Of a stretch of DNA of 64,000 nucleotides, positions 61,743 through 64,000 are shown piece by piece (positions within the stretch are counted from its first letter, which is position 1; each line of letters starts with the position of its first letter). The stretch is from NCBI GenBank assembly GCA_017654855.1, contig CM030333.1, positions 3,782,001 through 3,846,000 on the forward strand. Reading direction: 5' to 3'. The DNA is from Podospora anserina (lineage: Eukaryota). The notes under the pieces are model-generated. The model was not told the DNA's origin and did no database searches. It saw only the letters and a list, made by a program, of their open reading frames with translations. The position numbers and the translations under genes were made by a program.

Positions 61743-64000
61743 TCAGTTTACCCTCTGCTTTTTTTGAGGACGACCTTCACTAGGAGAATCCTGACCATCT
61801 TCAGCGCTGGTTTCTCCGCCATCGATGTTGTCCTCAGGATCACCGTCGTAATCCTCATAATCCTCGTCATCATCCACAATCACCAGAGCAGCTCTGATTC
61901 CTCTGTTCCCTCGACTCTCGGCGGCCTCGTACCACCTACCGGCCATCAATCGTCAGTCAATCTGATATATCTCGGATCCCTTGGCCATATAAAATGTTAC
62001 ACCCGTCATCAGATGGTCTGTTCTTCAACACAGAAGGGAGGCGAGAAGAAACAGGGGTGGAACGTACCAAACCAAACCTCAGAAGGAGCTTCGTCAGCAT
62101 CATGATGTGGGAGTGTCAGTTGGAAATCGTCCGAAAAGACCAGGAATGAACTCGGGGACGAAGCGTTTCGTACGATGAGAAAGTACGAGTCTGGTCCTGG
62201 CTGTAAACCAAAAATAGTTGAATCTTGATCCGGCAGCCTTTGTGACATGCACCACCTCCCACAGTTCTGGAGTCGTCTCACGTCTCTAGAGACTAGGGCA
62301 GTTTGCTTGAGATTCGCGCAGGTGGCTGTATCGTGCAGTTGGGCTTCCACATACGCGCTCTCTGGCAACCATGTTGATACGCCCCCTTTTCCAAACCCAC
62401 CTTGCAGATCGGCACACCTCTCTTGAGCAGAGACACTTTGGGAATACGTGACAGGCATCACACGTGGCCACGTAGTCAGCCGCTGCTCTGTAAGACGCAG
62501 CTCCTTCTTCCTGTGCCAAGATGGATGGCAGTGGGGTCTCGGTTACATCCCCAGAACTTTTTGCGAACATACCTTCGTCCAGCTGCCCAAATACATCCAT
62601 GAATAGTGCCTTAACCGTATGGAAGAGTAGGTCTTCGAAGTTCAGTTCAACCTCTTCTAGGCCAAGCTCTGCCGCAGCAAACTCTGACCTCAACCACTCG
62701 TCTTGAGCCTTGATAGTCCCAGACTCCTTCAGGTATAGAATATTCAACTGCAGTCGTCGTCTTACCCCGACAATTTGGACCTCAAGTCCAGCCATCTGGG
62801 GACAAGCATGGACGCATACCCTGAGTTGTCGGTTGACCAGAACTGCGAACCTCTCTGTAGATACCTGTTCGAGGATTGATGCACGTTGAAACCGTTGAAT
62901 CTCTTCTTCCGCGGCAGTGTGAAGCGGTTTATACTTGCACAAAATGTCACAGTATTCGCGAGAATTCTCTAAGGGTCCATAGCTCAATCCTTTAACGGCC
63001 CTGTAGAAGCAGGGGTTCTGTGAATCATGCCACAAATAATTCGCATTATAGGCCCTGATGTACTTTATCCTGATCAGCTTTGTTACCTCGTCTCGTTCCT
63101 CCGCGATATGATGCCATTTTCGTGAAAAGATCCATTTCATTAGGTACTTCTTGAGTTTCTCAATCGTCTCTCTGCTGATATGTCTTGAGGCACTGCCCAT
63201 TTCGGCAGACCGGGATGTAAACATGGTACTCAATTGCTGGACCACAGAACGCTCCGAACGAAAATTCGTGCCCGCAGAAGGCTTGGAATGAGCAGCATCA
63301 TTTAGAACATCCCACATGGCCTTAGCTTCCTCCTCCACGCTAGTCAAAGCTTTCTGAGGAAGGCTGTACCCAAACATGGGTTTTCCTTCAAAACCAGTGC
63401 CGCAACCAGAGGAAAGGCCCACGGGTGTATCCTGGTGAAGAAGACCGTATAGGTAGATCAAACCCCTGTGTTCAATGTCTGCAAACAGATCTCCACGTCT
63501 TACTCCGCGACCGGTACTGAAGCCTCTAGAGCGTTCCCCACCACGAGTCTGACATCTTGTTCGCAGTTTATCGGAAAAGGCGTCAAGGACTTTTCGACGT
63601 CACGCCGACTCCTTGTCTCAACTCTCCTAACACTTCCAGGCTACATGCGACGGAGACGGACCAGTGGGTCTTCTATCTGGCCTTCAAAGTGCCCCTTGAA
63701 AGCCAAGTCAAAGGCCCTGAAATGCAGCGGATGTTGAAGGAGGGAGAGCCGCAACTCCCGAAGATGGCGGCTGCAGAGTGCACACTGCTTTCAAGACTGA
63801 CGATCATAAACTTCTCGCTACCGCTTCTGCCTTCCTGAATCAAATTCTGCGGTTGAAGTGTGGCACCACGAATGACGAGTTCGACGAGACCGTAGGAATC
63901 GCTGTCTATCACCTCGGTGGTGCGAAAACGTATGTAGCCCAGATTCGCTTTCAACTCTTTCTGCGAAGATGTGCCCTCGGCAAGGTATAGTGCATCAGTG
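61743..64000 (-). pseudogene. Large hypothetical gene broken into several frames; 5' end outside the window
   Basis: Coding-like blocks change frame without clear introns: ...ANLGYIRFR...VELVIRGATLQP, then RELRLSLLQHPLHFRAFDLAF, then GDLFADIEHRGLIYLYGLL (the 391-aa ORF 63461-62286), then 62461-62009, then an acidic/NLS tail ending PQKKQRVN* at 61743. Confidence 0.5.

Noticed and set aside
59616-64000. Secondary-metabolite cluster around the P450
   Set aside because: There is no PKS, NRPS, terpene synthase, transporter or pathway regulator next to it within the window.

Overview
A gene-dense window from a filamentous ascomycete. GT..AG introns of about 55-70 nt with CTRAC/CTAAC branch sites, the gene content and the codon style suggest Sordariales, probably Podospora-like (inference). 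Recognisable genes, in order: SFM1-like SPOUT methyltransferase, KEX1, DRE2, STF2-like protein, FMT1, PAC1/NudF (LIS1), PEX19, PTR2, a DUF3405 protein, neutral trehalase, MRPL20/mL58, a processive GT2 glycosyltransferase, ADE4 and a cytochrome P450, plus several hypothetical genes. Accessory content includes an intact 1,294-bp Tc1/impala-type DD34E transposon with a TA duplication and asymmetric, bipartite TIRs (6453-7746). There is also a roughly 2.8-kb RIP-scarred relic (about 35690-38450) with two divergent dead ORFs, an internal duplication and about 15 copies of a quasi-palindromic 14-bp motif, part dispersed and part in a 31-bp-period tandem array. Other leads are a possible SPIDR-like OB-fold protein behind an MCB-rich bidirectional promoter, a start codon split by an intron, a stop-free intron splitting an Fe-S ligand codon in DRE2, and two consecutive AAG 3' splice sites in the P450. 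All gene models were read by eye and no database searches were run.
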